Of a stretch of 64,000 nucleotides of DNA, positions 21,034-30,686 are shown piece by piece. The DNA is taken from assembly GCF_028368995.1 (NCBI RefSeq), contig NZ_JAQNDL010000001.1:3552001-3616000 (forward strand), in the 5' to 3' direction. The notes under the pieces were generated by a model that saw nothing but the letters and a program-made list of their open reading frames with translations, was not told where the DNA came from and searched no databases. This stretch comes from Nannocystis bainbridge. GTDB taxonomy: Bacteria; Myxococcota_A; Polyangia; Nannocystales; Nannocystaceae. How positions within the stretch are numbered: the first letter of the stretch is position 1; each line of letters opens with the position of its first letter. A program made the position numbers and the translations under genes.

Positions 21034-21447
21034 ATGGCCGAGCCCGAGACCGACAACGCCGAAGCGCTGATGAGCGCCTACCTCGACGAGGAGCTCGACG
21101 CCGAGGGCAAGAGCAAGCTCGAGGCGATGCTCGCGACCTCGCCCGCGGCGCAGAAGGAGCTGTCCGGCCTGCAGAACATGCTGCGGCTGGTCAAGGGCCT
21201 GCCCGAGGAGCAGGCCCCGCCCGACTTCTACGAGAAGGTCGCCAAGAAGATCCGCCGCCGCCGCTGGCTGCGCGGCGAGTACCTGATCGCGCTGGCCCTG
21301 CCGTTCCAGATCATCAACGTCCTCGTGATCCTCGCCGTCGCGGTCGTCTACATGATGCTCCACCTGGACGTCGACGTCGCCGGCCGCAAGCTCGAGCGCG
21401 ACCCGACGGTCCAGCAGGCCAAGCCGCCCGCGACGCCTGCGCCTTAG
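21034..21447 (+). CDS. Membrane anti-sigma factor
   Basis: LMSAYLDEEL N-terminal anti-sigma motif, one TM helix, directly after the ECF sigma. Confidence 0.85.
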   Translation: MAEPETDNAEALMSAYLDEELDAEGKSKLEAMLATSPAAQKELSGLQNMLRLVKGLPEEQAPPDFYEKVAKKIRRRRWLRGEYLIALALPFQIINVLVILAVAVVYMMLHLDVDVAGRKLERDPTVQQAKPPATPAP

Positions 21448-21507
21448 GGCATGTTCTCCGGGGCATGTCCTCGCGGGCATGTCCCCGGGCGCATGTCCTC
21501 GCGGACA
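21438..21507. repeat. Array of five 14-bp spaced palindromes
   Basis: TGCGC CTTA GGGCA|TGTTC TCCG GGGCA|TGTCC TCGC GGGCA|TGTCC CCGG GCGCA|TGTCC TCGC GGACA. Confidence 0.9.
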
Positions 21508-21520
21508 GCCGCCTTGGCGC

Positions 21521-23785
21521 TCACTTGTGGTGGAACACGGCCACACCGTCCCAGTCGGGCGGCGCCGCCTCGCCGAGGCCTTCCAGCCGCCCCAGGTGCA
21601 GGCGCACCACCGGGTCGTCCGGGTTCTCGGCGGCGAACGCCTGCCAGTGCGCGCGCGCGGCCGCGAAGTCGCCGGCGCGGAAGGCCGTCAGGGCCGCGCT
21701 CCAGCGGTCCAGCGCCGCGTACTCGGCGACGGCCCCGTCCGGCCCCGCCAGCAGCTCGAAGATCGCCACCGGTCGGCCCTTGCCCTTCACGCGCACCAGG
21801 TCGACCTCGCGGAAGCGGTAGCTCGGCGGCGCGGCGGCGCGGGTGCCGGCGCCGACCAGGCAGAACACCCCGTACGTCTTCGTCAGGCCCTCGAGGCGCG
21901 ACGCCAGGTTGACCGCGTCGCCGCACACCGTGTAGTCGAAGCGGTCGGCCGAGCCCATGTTGCCGACCACCATGTCGCCGGTGTTGATGCCGACGCCGAT
22001 CTGCAGCGCCTCGACCCCGAACTGGCGCAGCGACGGCTGCAGCCGGGCCAGCGCGGCGTGCATCGCCAGCGCGGTGGCGAGGCCGCGCGCGGCGTGGTCG
22101 GCCCGGGCCACCGGCGCGCCGTACACCGCCATCACCGCGTCGCCGATGTACTTGTCGAGGTAGCCGGCGCGCGCCATCACCTCCTGCGTCATCGGCGTGA
22201 GGAACGTGTTGAGCAGCGCCACCAGGTCCTCGGGCGACAGCCGCTCGGCCACGCCGGTGAAGTCGCGGATGTCGGAGAACAGCACCGTCAGCTCGCGCCG
22301 CGCCCCGCCGAGCCCGAGGGCCTTGGGGTCGGCCAGCAATTCGTCGAGCACCTCGGCCCCGAGGTAGCTGGAGAACGTCCGCCGCAGCCGCGCCCGCTGC
22401 AGCGCCTCGCCGGCGTACGCGGCCGCCAGCGCCGCCGAGCCCGCGACCACCGCGGCCAGCAGCGGCCACACCAGCGCCAGCCACAGGTGCATGCGCGTGA
22501 ACGCCAGCGCCGCCGCGGCGACGTCGAGGCCGATCACCGCCAGCACCCCGGCGATGCGCGCGAGCGGCCCGGCCCGCAGCGCCGCGGCGAACAGCAAGCT
22601 GACCAAAAGGCCAGATATCAGCGTGACCAGGGCGTCGGTCAGGGCCGAGCTGCGGACCAGCGGGTCGCCGGCGAGGATCGTGTCGACGGCGGTGGCCTGC
22701 AGCTCGACGCCGGGCAGATCGCCGGCGAACGGGGTGCGGACGACGTCGTGGCCGAAGTAGGTCACGCCGAGCAGGACGATCTTGCCGCGCAGCAGCGCGT
22801 CGGCGCGGCCCTCGACGACATCGGCCGCCGACACCGTGGGGAAGGTCCCGGGCCCGCCGCGGAAGTTGAGCACCACCGCCTCGTCGGCGCCGAGCGGGAC
22901 CCGGCGTGCGCCGATCTGCAGGCTCGCCTCGCCGCCGAGGAACGCCAGCTCGGCCCGCCCGAGGCCCTCGCGCAGGGCGACCAGCTGGACCGACAGCGGC
23001 GCGTAGGCGGCGTCGCCGACCCGCCAGGCCGCGGGGATCGTGCGCACCGCGCGGCCTGGGTCCTCCTCGACGGTGATCCCGCCGAGCGCCCGCGCCCGCG
23101 CGACCAGCTCGGGCAGCGACACCAGCCCCGCCTCGGCGATCCGGATCGGGGGCGAGCGCGCGTCCTGCTGGCCGTAGCGCCCGTGACGCAGCGTCGCCGG
23201 GTCCGGCAGAGGCCGCCCATCACCTGACTCTTGGGTCAGATGAATCGCCAGCGCCACGTTGCCCGCGGCCGCCACCGCGCTCGCCAGCTCGGCGTCGCCC
23301 GTCAGCTCGCGCGCGACCTCCCGCAGCAGCGCCTCGGCCTGGCCTTCGGGACCTGCTCCGACGGGCATGTCCTTTTCGACATGTCCCTTGATGCGGGCGC
23401 CGAGCTCCGGCGACAGCAGCTCCTCGGGGTCGACGTAGACCTGGTCGATGCCGATCGCCGCCGGCCGCGCCGCCGCCAGCGCGCGCACCAGCGCGGCCGT
23501 GCCGGCGCGGCGCTGGTAGAGCTCGGGCCGGCGCTCGAGCGTGGCGTCGTCGATGGCCACGATCACCACCTCGCCGGTGGTCGGGACCGGCCCGCGCCAG
23601 CGGAACCGCTGGTCGAGGCTGGCCCGCTCGAGCGCGTCGACCCACCGCACCCGCCAGCCCGCGCGCTCCAGACCGCACAGCAGGGCGATCGCCACGCTGA
23701 GCAGCCCGGCCAGCAGCGCCGGCGAGCGCAGCAAGGCCCGCCGGCGCGCGCCGGGCCGCGACGGGCTGGCCGGGGCGCCGCGCAT
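21521..23785 (-). CDS. CHASE2-domain adenylate/guanylate cyclase
   Basis: VIVAIDD CHASE2 start, PGVELQA, three TMs, LFSDIRDFT, DKYIGDAVM, GDAVNLASRLEG. Confidence 0.95.
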   Translation of the reverse strand: MRGAPASPSRPGARRRALLRSPALLAGLLSVAIALLCGLERAGWRVRWVDALERASLDQRFRWRGPVPTTGEVVIVAIDDATLERRPELYQRRAGTAALVRALAAARPAAIGIDQVYVDPEELLSPELGARIKGHVEKDMPVGAGPEGQAEALLREVARELTGDAELASAVAAAGNVALAIHLTQESGDGRPLPDPATLRHGRYGQQDARSPPIRIAEAGLVSLPELVARARALGGITVEEDPGRAVRTIPAAWRVGDAAYAPLSVQLVALREGLGRAELAFLGGEASLQIGARRVPLGADEAVVLNFRGGPGTFPTVSAADVVEGRADALLRGKIVLLGVTYFGHDVVRTPFAGDLPGVELQATAVDTILAGDPLVRSSALTDALVTLISGLLVSLLFAAALRAGPLARIAGVLAVIGLDVAAAALAFTRMHLWLALVWPLLAAVVAGSAALAAAYAGEALQRARLRRTFSSYLGAEVLDELLADPKALGLGGARRELTVLFSDIRDFTGVAERLSPEDLVALLNTFLTPMTQEVMARAGYLDKYIGDAVMAVYGAPVARADHAARGLATALAMHAALARLQPSLRQFGVEALQIGVGINTGDMVVGNMGSADRFDYTVCGDAVNLASRLEGLTKTYGVFCLVGAGTRAAAPPSYRFREVDLVRVKGKGRPVAIFELLAGPDGAVAEYAALDRWSAALTAFRAGDFAAARAHWQAFAAENPDDPVVRLHLGRLEGLGEAAPPDWDGVAVFHHK

Positions 23786-24930
23786 CACCGCCTTACGTGC
23801 ACGATCGCCCAGCCGTCGGCCACGCCGCCGACCCGCTGGTTCAGCAGCTCCCGCGCGCACGCCGGGGCCGGCTTGCCGCCGCCGAGCGCGACCTCCTTGA
23901 CCACCCCGCCCACGACCTTGAGCCGCAGCTCGGGCCCCGCCACGCCGGGCAGCGCCTCGGCGACGCACTGCGCCAGCGCCTGCCGTCGCGCCTTGAGGGC
24001 CTCGGGCAGGCTGGTGCGCGTGACCCGGGTGTCGGGCGCCGTCTCGAAGATCCACGTGTCGGCCAGGTCGACCGCGGCCGACGACGACTCGGCCTCCGCG
24101 CTGCCGAGGCCGGGCGCGCCGCCGGGCGGCTCCTGGCTCGGCTCGGCCGGCCGCGACTCGGGGCTCTTCGTCGACGACTTCTTCCCGGGGCCCGCTGGCG
24201 ACTGGGGCGGCGGCGCCGGGTCGGCCGGGCCGGCGAGAGCGTCGTCCTGATCGGTCGGCGGCGCCGTCGGGCGGTTCTTGTCCGCCGGCGCCTTGGCCTC
24301 GGTCTTGGGCTTGGCGCCGTCGAGGTCGTCGTTGTGGCCGCGCGTCGTCTCCGGCTCGTCGGTGAGCGGCGCCGTCGGCCGGTCCTCTGCTTCGGGCGCG
24401 GGCTCGGCGATGGATTTCGTCGGCGCCGGCGGGGCCTCTGTCCGGGTGACCGGCGCCGGCGTCTCGCCCGAGGCGCGGCGGGCGTTCCAGCCGGCGATGC
24501 GCTCGAGCCGGTCGGCCCCGCCCACGCGGGCCAGCGCCTCCGGGCCCAGCGCCCGGGCGAACAGCTCGGCCACGCTCTCGGCCGGCGGAGGGTCGTCGAG
24601 GTGGGCCAGCGCGCGCACCGGCGTCGCCTGGTCCTCCTCGAGCTTGATCACGTAGCCGCTCGCCAGCACCACCACCGCCAGCGAGCCGGGCGTGGTGATC
24701 ACCGTGTCGCCGCGGCGCAGCGGCAGCTCCGGGCGCCCGGGCGTCTCGGCCCCCCCGGCGTCGCGGACCGTCACCGTGCCCTCGACCACCGCCAGGAGCG
24801 CCACTTCGGCGGCCGGATCTGCCACCGGCGCCGGCCCCGTCGCCGCGCTCGTGGCCGGCTCTCCGCAGCCCAGCAGCAGCAGCAGCGCCGCTGGAACCCC
24901 CCACATGCCTCGACGAGCCGTGACGCGCAT
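23785..24930 (-). CDS. Lipoprotein with FecR-like N-terminal domain and Pro-rich linker
   Basis: LLLGC lipobox; VEGTVTV...LRRGDTVIT FecR-like motif; TGATG coupling to the cyclase. Confidence 0.7.
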   Translation of the reverse strand: MRVTARRGMWGVPAALLLLLGCGEPATSAATGPAPVADPAAEVALLAVVEGTVTVRDAGGAETPGRPELPLRRGDTVITTPGSLAVVVLASGYVIKLEEDQATPVRALAHLDDPPPAESVAELFARALGPEALARVGGADRLERIAGWNARRASGETPAPVTRTEAPPAPTKSIAEPAPEAEDRPTAPLTDEPETTRGHNDDLDGAKPKTEAKAPADKNRPTAPPTDQDDALAGPADPAPPPQSPAGPGKKSSTKSPESRPAEPSQEPPGGAPGLGSAEAESSSAAVDLADTWIFETAPDTRVTRTSLPEALKARRQALAQCVAEALPGVAGPELRLKVVGGVVKEVALGGGKPAPACARELLNQRVGGVADGWAIVHVRR

Positions 24931-25198
24931 CGTGCCTCCTGCCGCTCAGACGCGCCTATACCACGAAATCCGGCCACCTCGCGGCGCCGCGGCCCCGCGG
25001 CTGGCCACGAGGACAGCCGCCCATCGGGCCGGCGCGCGGCCCCGCCCATTTTCGCCGTGCGGGCGCGCGTGACCGCGAATTCGCCGCTTGACATTTCGAG
25101 TTCTTCGCGCCTCCCCCCCTCTACGTGGTTCCCTCGGGCGGCTCGCAAAAGCTCCGCGGAATCTTAGCGGACCTGTGATAAAAACCGGCTGTTCCCTC

Positions 25199-25819
25199 AT
25201 GCCGCGCGAAGTCATCCTGGTCGACAGTCAGCTCGGGAACCTGGACAGCGTCGAGCACGCGCTCATCCAGGTCGGCGCCTCGGTGATCGTCTCCAGCGAC
25301 CCGGACCGCGTCGCCACCGCGCGCATGGTCGTGTTCCCCGGCCAGGGCTCGTTCGGACCGACCACCCGCGCGCTGGTCGACGGGGCCATGGGCGCGGCCC
25401 TGCGCATGGTCATCGAGCGCGGCGACCCGTTCCTCGGCATCTGCCTCGGCATGCAGCTGCTGTTCGAGCAGAGCGACGAGGGCGGCGGCTTCGACGGCCT
25501 CAAGGTCCTGCCGGGCCGCGTGCGCCGGTTCCCGGCCGACATGCGGGCCGGCGACGAGCCCGACGCCGCGCGCCTGAAGATCCCCCACATGGGCTGGAGC
25601 GACGTGCAGCCGACCGGCGAGCACTTCTACTTCGCCCACAGTTACTACGTCGAGACCACCGACCCCAGCCTCGTGATGTGGTGGTGCCGCTACGGGAGCA
25701 TCGAGTTCCCGGCCACCATCTCGCGCGGCAACGTGTTCGGCTGTCAGTTCCACCCCGAGAAGAGCCAGTGGTCGGGGCTCCGCTTCCTCCGCAGCTTCAT
25801 CCTCGGAGGCCGCGCCTGA
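25199..25819 (+). CDS. hisH: Imidazole glycerol phosphate synthase, glutaminase subunit
   Basis: GNLDSV, PGQG, GICLGMQ, YFAHSY, QFHPEKS. Confidence 0.95.
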   Translation: MPREVILVDSQLGNLDSVEHALIQVGASVIVSSDPDRVATARMVVFPGQGSFGPTTRALVDGAMGAALRMVIERGDPFLGICLGMQLLFEQSDEGGGFDGLKVLPGRVRRFPADMRAGDEPDAARLKIPHMGWSDVQPTGEHFYFAHSYYVETTDPSLVMWWCRYGSIEFPATISRGNVFGCQFHPEKSQWSGLRFLRSFILGGRA

Positions 25820-26541
25820 TGCTGGCGATCCCCGCCATCGACCTGATGGGCGGCAAGGCGGTGCGCCTGCGCGAGGGCGACCCGCGGCGCGCCACGGTCT
25901 ACGCCGACGACCCCGGCGCCGCGCTGCGCGACTTCCTGGCCGCGGGTGCGCGACGGATCCACGTCGTCGATCTCGACGGCGCCTTCGCCGGTCGCCCGGT
26001 CCAGACCGACCTCATTCGCGAGCTCGTCGGCATCGCCCACGCCGCGGGCGCCGAGGTCGAGGTCGGCGGCGGTCTGCGCGACGTCGCCGCCGTCACCGCC
26101 GTGCTCGACACCGGCGCCGACTACGTCGTGGTCGGCACCCTCGCCGTGCGCGACCCCGACGCGGTCTCGCTGCTGTGCCGCCAGTACCCCGGCCGCATCA
26201 TCGTCGCCATCGACGCCCGCGACGGCCTGGTCGCCATGGCCGGCTGGCAAGAGCCGACCACCGTGCCGGCGCTGGCGCTGGCCAAGACCGCGGCGATCTG
26301 GGGCGCGGCGGCCTTGCTGCACACCGACATCGCCCGCGACGGCCTGCAGTGCGGGCCGGCCGTCGACGCCACCATCAGCCTGCAGCGCGCCGTCCCCAGC
26401 GTCCTCGTGATCGCCAGCGGGGGCGTCGGCTCGCTCGCCGACCTCGACGCCCTGCGCGCCGCCGACGTGCGCGCGGTGGTCCTCGGGCGCGCGCTCTACG
26501 AAGGTAGCTTTACGTTGGAGGAGGCCCTCGCTCGATGTTGA
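25819..26541 (+). CDS. hisA: ProFAR isomerase
   Basis: [28 protein letters not shown]. Confidence 0.95.
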   Translation: MLAIPAIDLMGGKAVRLREGDPRRATVYADDPGAALRDFLAAGARRIHVVDLDGAFAGRPVQTDLIRELVGIAHAAGAEVEVGGGLRDVAAVTAVLDTGADYVVVGTLAVRDPDAVSLLCRQYPGRIIVAIDARDGLVAMAGWQEPTTVPALALAKTAAIWGAAALLHTDIARDGLQCGPAVDATISLQRAVPSVLVIASGGVGSLADLDALRAADVRAVVLGRALYEGSFTLEEALARC

Positions 26542-27350
26542 AGCGCCGTGTGATCCCCTGCCTCGATATCAAGAACGGCCGGGTCGTCAAGGGCGTCCAT
26601 TTCGCCAACCTGCGCGACACGGGCGACCCTGTCGAGGCTGCGCGCGCCTACGACACCCAAGGCGCCGACGAGCTGTGCCTCCTCGACATCACCGCGACCA
26701 CCGAGGGGCGTGACACCTTCGTCGACGTGGTCCGGCGCGTGGCCGGGCAGATCTTCACGCCGCTGACCGTCGGCGGAGGCGTGCGCCGCGAGGCCGACGT
26801 CCGCCGCCTGCTGGCCGCCGGCGCCGACAAGGTCGCGGTCAACAGCGCCGCCGTCGCCAACCCACTGCTGATCCGCCAGCTCGCCGACCGCTACGGCAGC
26901 CAGTGCATCGTCGTCGCCGTCGACGTGCGCCAGCTGAAGCCGCTGCCGGGCGAGACCGACCCGCTGTACGAGGTCGTGATCCACGGCGGCACCCGCTCGA
27001 CGGGCCTCGACGCGGTGTCGTGGTGCGAGCAGGCGACGGCGCTCGGCGCCGGGGAGATCTTGCTGACCTCGATGGACAAGGACGGGACCCGCGACGGCTA
27101 CGACCTGGCGATCACCCGCGAGGTGTCCAGGCGTGTGCCGATCCCGGTGATCGCCTCCGGCGGCGTGGGCTCGCTCGAGCACCTGCGCCAGGGCCTCGAC
27201 CCCAAGGAGGGCGCCGCCGACGCCGCCCTCGCCGCGTCGATCTTCCACTTCGGCCTCTACACCATCGCCCAGGCCAAGCACTACCTGGCCGACCACGGCA
27301 TCCCCGTCCGCCCGCAAGAGGCGCCGCGCGGGGTGCTCATCACCGGCTGA
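26535..27350 (+). CDS. hisF: Imidazole glycerol phosphate synthase, cyclase subunit
   Basis: [29 protein letters not shown]. Confidence 0.97.
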   Translation: MLKRRVIPCLDIKNGRVVKGVHFANLRDTGDPVEAARAYDTQGADELCLLDITATTEGRDTFVDVVRRVAGQIFTPLTVGGGVRREADVRRLLAAGADKVAVNSAAVANPLLIRQLADRYGSQCIVVAVDVRQLKPLPGETDPLYEVVIHGGTRSTGLDAVSWCEQATALGAGEILLTSMDKDGTRDGYDLAITREVSRRVPIPVIASGGVGSLEHLRQGLDPKEGAADAALAASIFHFGLYTIAQAKHYLADHGIPVRPQEAPRGVLITG

Positions 27351-27431
27351 CCGAACGGACATGTCCTCCGGGGCATGTCCGTTCGCACCTGGCCATTTGA
27401 ACCTGGCGACTCGGACATGTCCCTCCAGACA
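27348..27431. repeat. Array of six 14-bp units filling the hisF-hisI gap
   Basis: TGACC GAAC GGACA|TGTCC TCCG GGGCA|TGTCC GTTC GCACC|TGGCC ATTT GAACC|TGGCG ACTC GGACA|TGTCC CTCC AGACA. Confidence 0.85.
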
Positions 27432-28133
27432 GACCCCGCCGCGCTGTGGTCGACGCTGACGCCCGGCCCCGACGGCCTGGTCGCCGCGGTGGTCCAGCAC
27501 TTCAGCACCGGCGAGGTGCTGATGCTCGGGCACATGAACGCCGAGGCGCTGGCGCGCACGCTGGCGAGCGGGCGGGTGACGTTCTGGAGCCGCAGCCGGC
27601 AGCAGCTGTGGGAGAAGGGCGAGACCTCGGGGCACACGCTCGAGCTGCGCGGGCTCGCGGTCGACTGCGACGCCGACGCACTGCTGGTCCGCGCCGCGCC
27701 GCGCGGGCCGACCTGCCACACCGGGGCGCCGAGCTGCTTCTTCAGGCCGGTCGGTGAGCCGGCGGCGCCCGGACCGAGCGCGGTGTTCGAGCGGCTGTTC
27801 GCCGAGATCTGCGAGCGCAAGGCCGGGCGCGGGATGACGAGCCGCGGCGGCAAGAGCTACGTCCGCGACCTCATCAGCGCCGGGACGCCGAAGATCGCCG
27901 CCAAGCTGCACGAGGAGGCCGGCGAGCTGGCCGAGGCGCTGGCCGAGGACGACCGCGGCCACATCGCCCGCGAGGCCGCCGACCTGCTGTTCCACGCCCT
28001 CGTCGGCCTGGCCCACCGCGACGTCCCGCTGGCCGACGTCGCCGCCGAGCTGGCGCGCCGCATGGGCCGCAGCGGCCTCGACGAGAAGGCCGCCCGCGCC
28101 CCGGCGGCGGGCCCCGACGGCCACGAGAGCTGA
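27417..28133 (+). CDS. hisI: Bifunctional PR-AMP cyclohydrolase / PR-ATP pyrophosphatase (HisIE)
   Basis: FWSRSRQQLWEKGETSG, DCDAD, CHTG; KLHEEAGE, EAADLLFH. Confidence 0.95.
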   Translation: MSLQTDPAALWSTLTPGPDGLVAAVVQHFSTGEVLMLGHMNAEALARTLASGRVTFWSRSRQQLWEKGETSGHTLELRGLAVDCDADALLVRAAPRGPTCHTGAPSCFFRPVGEPAAPGPSAVFERLFAEICERKAGRGMTSRGGKSYVRDLISAGTPKIAAKLHEEAGELAEALAEDDRGHIAREAADLLFHALVGLAHRDVPLADVAAELARRMGRSGLDEKAARAPAAGPDGHES

Positions 28134-28152
28134 CGCCGCGCGCGTCAGCCAG

Positions 28153-28306
28153 CGCTGCACCGATCGCCGCGCCCGCGCAGGCCGCTCGCGCCTCGTCGTC
28201 GCGTGCGCCGATCGCCGGGCCCGCGCGGGCCCAATTGCGCAGCCATCGCTGCACCGATCGCCGGGCCCGCGCAGGCCGCTCGCGCCTCGTCGTAGCGTGC
28301 GCCGAT
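28153..28306. repeat. About 60-bp imperfect direct repeat (28153-28212 and 28247-28306)
   Basis: CGCTGCACCGATCGCCG(C/G)GCCCGCGCAGGCCGCTCGCGCCTCGTCGT(C/A)GCGTGCGCCGAT occurs twice. Confidence 0.8.
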
Positions 28307-28572
28307 TTCCTCCGCCGTGGGCCGCGACCGTCGCGCCCGCTCGGGCGCTCGGGCCGCGGCGTGCGCGTGCGTGGGCGACTCTACCGCCAGCGACAGGCGA
28401 GCCGACCGCGACCGCGCCTGCGAGGCTGCTCGTGCCGATCCGTCGGCGAATCACCGCTCACCGTGGCCGCTGCGCGCGAGACCACGAGCGACGCGGCCCG
28501 CGACGAGCGCGACCCGGCCCCTCCGCGCTCTCCCGCGACGGCGCGGCGGAGAGCGGATATGCTGGGCGTGTC

Positions 28573-29169
28573 ATGGCTCTGAGCGTCCTCGGGTGGTCTC
28601 TCTTCGCCTACCTCATCGCAGCGATCCCCATGGGCGTGGTGGTCGGCTATTTGCGCGGGGTCGACATCAGACAGCTCGGCTCCGGCAACATCGGCGCCAC
28701 CAATGCGTCGCGGGTGCTTGGCGCGCGGTGGGGCCTCGTCGTGTTCGCGCTCGACGTCGTCAAGGCCTACTTGCCCGTCCGCATGGCCATGGACTCCGGC
28801 CTCGGCGACCTGCCGGACGCGCCGTCGGCACTCGCCTGGGTCGGTCTTGCGGCGACCCTGGGGCACATCTTCCCCGTCTATCTCGGGTTCCGCGGCGGCA
28901 AGGGTGTCGCCTGCGCGCTCGGGGTCTTCTCCGCCCTGTTGCCGGCCGCGGGCCTGCTGGCCGCGGTCATCTACGTGCAGACCCTCGCCCTCACCCGCGT
29001 GTCTGCGATCGGCTCGCTCACCGCCGTCAACGCCGCCGCGCTCCACATCTTGATCACCGATGCGCCGCCGGCCTACAAAGGGCTGGTCGTCGCGATCGCC
29101 GCGCTCATCTGGGTCCGGCACCGCGGGAACCTCCGCGAGCTCGTCCGCTCGCGCCGCGCCTCGCCCTGA
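28573..29169 (+). CDS. plsY: Glycerol-3-phosphate acyltransferase PlsY
   Basis: DIRQLGSGNIGATN, GHIFPVYLGFRGGKGVA, RHRGN. Confidence 0.95.
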   Translation: MALSVLGWSLFAYLIAAIPMGVVVGYLRGVDIRQLGSGNIGATNASRVLGARWGLVVFALDVVKAYLPVRMAMDSGLGDLPDAPSALAWVGLAATLGHIFPVYLGFRGGKGVACALGVFSALLPAAGLLAAVIYVQTLALTRVSAIGSLTAVNAAALHILITDAPPAYKGLVVAIAALIWVRHRGNLRELVRSRRASP

Positions 29170-29172
29170 ATT

Positions 29173-29415
29173 ATGCCCGCGCCCAAGTCTCGCACGCTCT
29201 ACATCGGAGGCTTACCGCCCTCGGCCTCCCCCGAAGCGCTGCGCGAGGCCTGGGCCCGCTTCGGCGTCATCCACGACGTGCGCCTGATCCCCCGCCGCGA
29301 GCTCGTCATCGCCTACGTCACCTTCGCCGACGAGGCCGCCGCCCACGGCGCCCGCCGGGCCCTCGACGGCTCGACCTTCGCCGGCCACCGCCTGCGCGTC
29401 GAGTTCGCCATCTGA
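29173..29415 (+). CDS. RRM-domain RNA-binding protein
   Basis: RNP2 LYIGGL, RNP1-like IAYVTF, LDG...LRVEFA. Confidence 0.85.
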   Translation: MPAPKSRTLYIGGLPPSASPEALREAWARFGVIHDVRLIPRRELVIAYVTFADEAAAHGARRALDGSTFAGHRLRVEFAI

Positions 29416-29496
29416 CCACACGGACATGCCCTTGGGAGCATGTCCATGCGGTCATGCTCCCAAGAACATGCCCTCGGGGACATGTCCCAAGCGACA
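29413..29496. repeat. Array of six 14-bp units
   Basis: TGACC ACAC GGACA|TGCCC TTGG GAGCA|TGTCC ATGC GGTCA|TGCTC CCAA GAACA|TGCCC TCGG GGACA|TGTCC CAAG CGACA. Confidence 0.9.
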
Positions 29497-29543
29497 AGGC
29501 TCGCACCGTGCTGGAGCTATGGGTGAGCCAGGCGCTCGCCGCC

Positions 29544-30647
29544 TCAGGCCGCGCGCGACCACAGCGCCGCGTCGAGCTCGCCGCACAGGCGGACCGCCGT
29601 GGCCACCGGCGGCAGGCCGAGCGCGCGCAGGCCGGGCGCCTCGAACCCCGCCAGCGACGCCTGCAGCTCGGCGATCGCCGCCCGCCGGGCGGTCGCCACC
29701 GCCTCGCGGCCGGCGGCGTCGAGCTGTCCCATGAACCAGGCGTCGATCGCCCACGCCAGCTCGGCGTGGCGCGCCTCGTCGCCGGCGATCTCGGCGTACA
29801 TCGCCCGCAGCGCGGGCGCGGCGGCGAAGCGGGCCTGATGCGCGGCGGCCAGCGCGGCCCAGGTCTCGCGCACGCAGCCCTCGACCGCGTTCTCGACCGC
29901 GATCGCCAGCAGCTCGCGCACCGCGAGGGCCGCGTGCGCCGGCGGCGTGACCTCGGCCCCGCGGGCGCGCGCCGCGGCGGCCACGACCTCGGCGTGGCGC
30001 ACCTCGTCGGCGGCGGCGGCGTCGATGCGCGCCAGCAGCTCGGCCGGCGCGCCCCAGGCCGCCAGCTCGCGCGCGAGCGAGCGGAACGCGTGGACCGAGG
30101 CGGCCTCGTCGTGGGCCGCGCGCGCCAGCCAGGCCCCGGCGGCGTCGGCCTCGGCCCGTTCGCCCCGCGAGGTCACGCAGGCGTGGCGCCGACCCTCGCA
30201 GTAGGCCGGATACGTGCACGCGACGGTCACCTTCGTCGCCTCCTCGGTGACCTCGCACCCCAGCAGCTCCTCGAAGTCGTTGACCCGGGTCTTGCACACC
30301 AGCGCGCACGTCTCCGCCTCGGACAGCAGCTCACCCCCGGTGGTGCTCGTCTCGGTCGCGCTTCCGTCCCCGTCGGTCGTGCCCGTGCTCGCGTCCGTCG
30401 TGCCCGTGCTCGCGTCCGTCGTGCCCGTGCTCGCGTCCGTCGTGTCGGTGCCGGCGGACGTGGTCACCGCATTCGGATCCGGCTCGATGGGATTGTTCTT
30501 CTGAAACTCGGCGTACACCTCGGGGGTCAGCTCGACCTTTTCGGTGTACTTGGAGGCCTTGCAGCCGTGGACCGAATCGCCGCAGCCGGCCAAGAGGTTG
30601 GCGAACAGCGCAGCGAGGGGCAGCGACAAATAATGAGGCGAATGCAT
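29544..30647 (-). CDS. Lipoprotein with Cys-rich N-terminus and ferritin-like (diiron) domain
   Basis: LAGC lipobox; CEGRR; EAASV, DEVRH, EGCVRET, DEARH (paired ExxH). Confidence 0.8.
   Translation of the reverse strand: MHSPHYLSLPLAALFANLLAGCGDSVHGCKASKYTEKVELTPEVYAEFQKNNPIEPDPNAVTTSAGTDTTDASTGTTDASTGTTDASTGTTDGDGSATETSTTGGELLSEAETCALVCKTRVNDFEELLGCEVTEEATKVTVACTYPAYCEGRRHACVTSRGERAEADAAGAWLARAAHDEAASVHAFRSLARELAAWGAPAELLARIDAAAADEVRHAEVVAAAARARGAEVTPPAHAALAVRELLAIAVENAVEGCVRETWAALAAAHQARFAAAPALRAMYAEIAGDEARHAELAWAIDAWFMGQLDAAGREAVATARRAAIAELQASLAGFEAPGLRALGLPPVATAVRLCGELDAALWSRAA
30376..30444. repeat. 21-bp tandem repeat x3 (TTDASTG linker)
   Basis: GTCGTGCCCGTGCTCGCGTCC repeated three times. 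Confidence 0.9.
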
Positions 30648-30686
30648 GCGGCCGAGCGTAGCAGCCCGTTCGCTGCGCGCCACGCT

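Noticed and set aside
21521-24904. 1127-aa cyclase as a single ORF
   Set aside because: The N-terminal extension is the off-frame reading of the upstream lipoprotein gene; the probable start is 23785.
25088-25120. TTGACA upstream of hisH as a promoter
   Set aside because: No credible -10 element at 16-19 bp spacing.
29413-29496. Junction decamer RRRCATGYYY equals the p53 half-site consensus
   Set aside because: Treated as coincidence: singleton copies indicate the unit is TGTCC-N4-GGACA, and no p53-like protein is evident.
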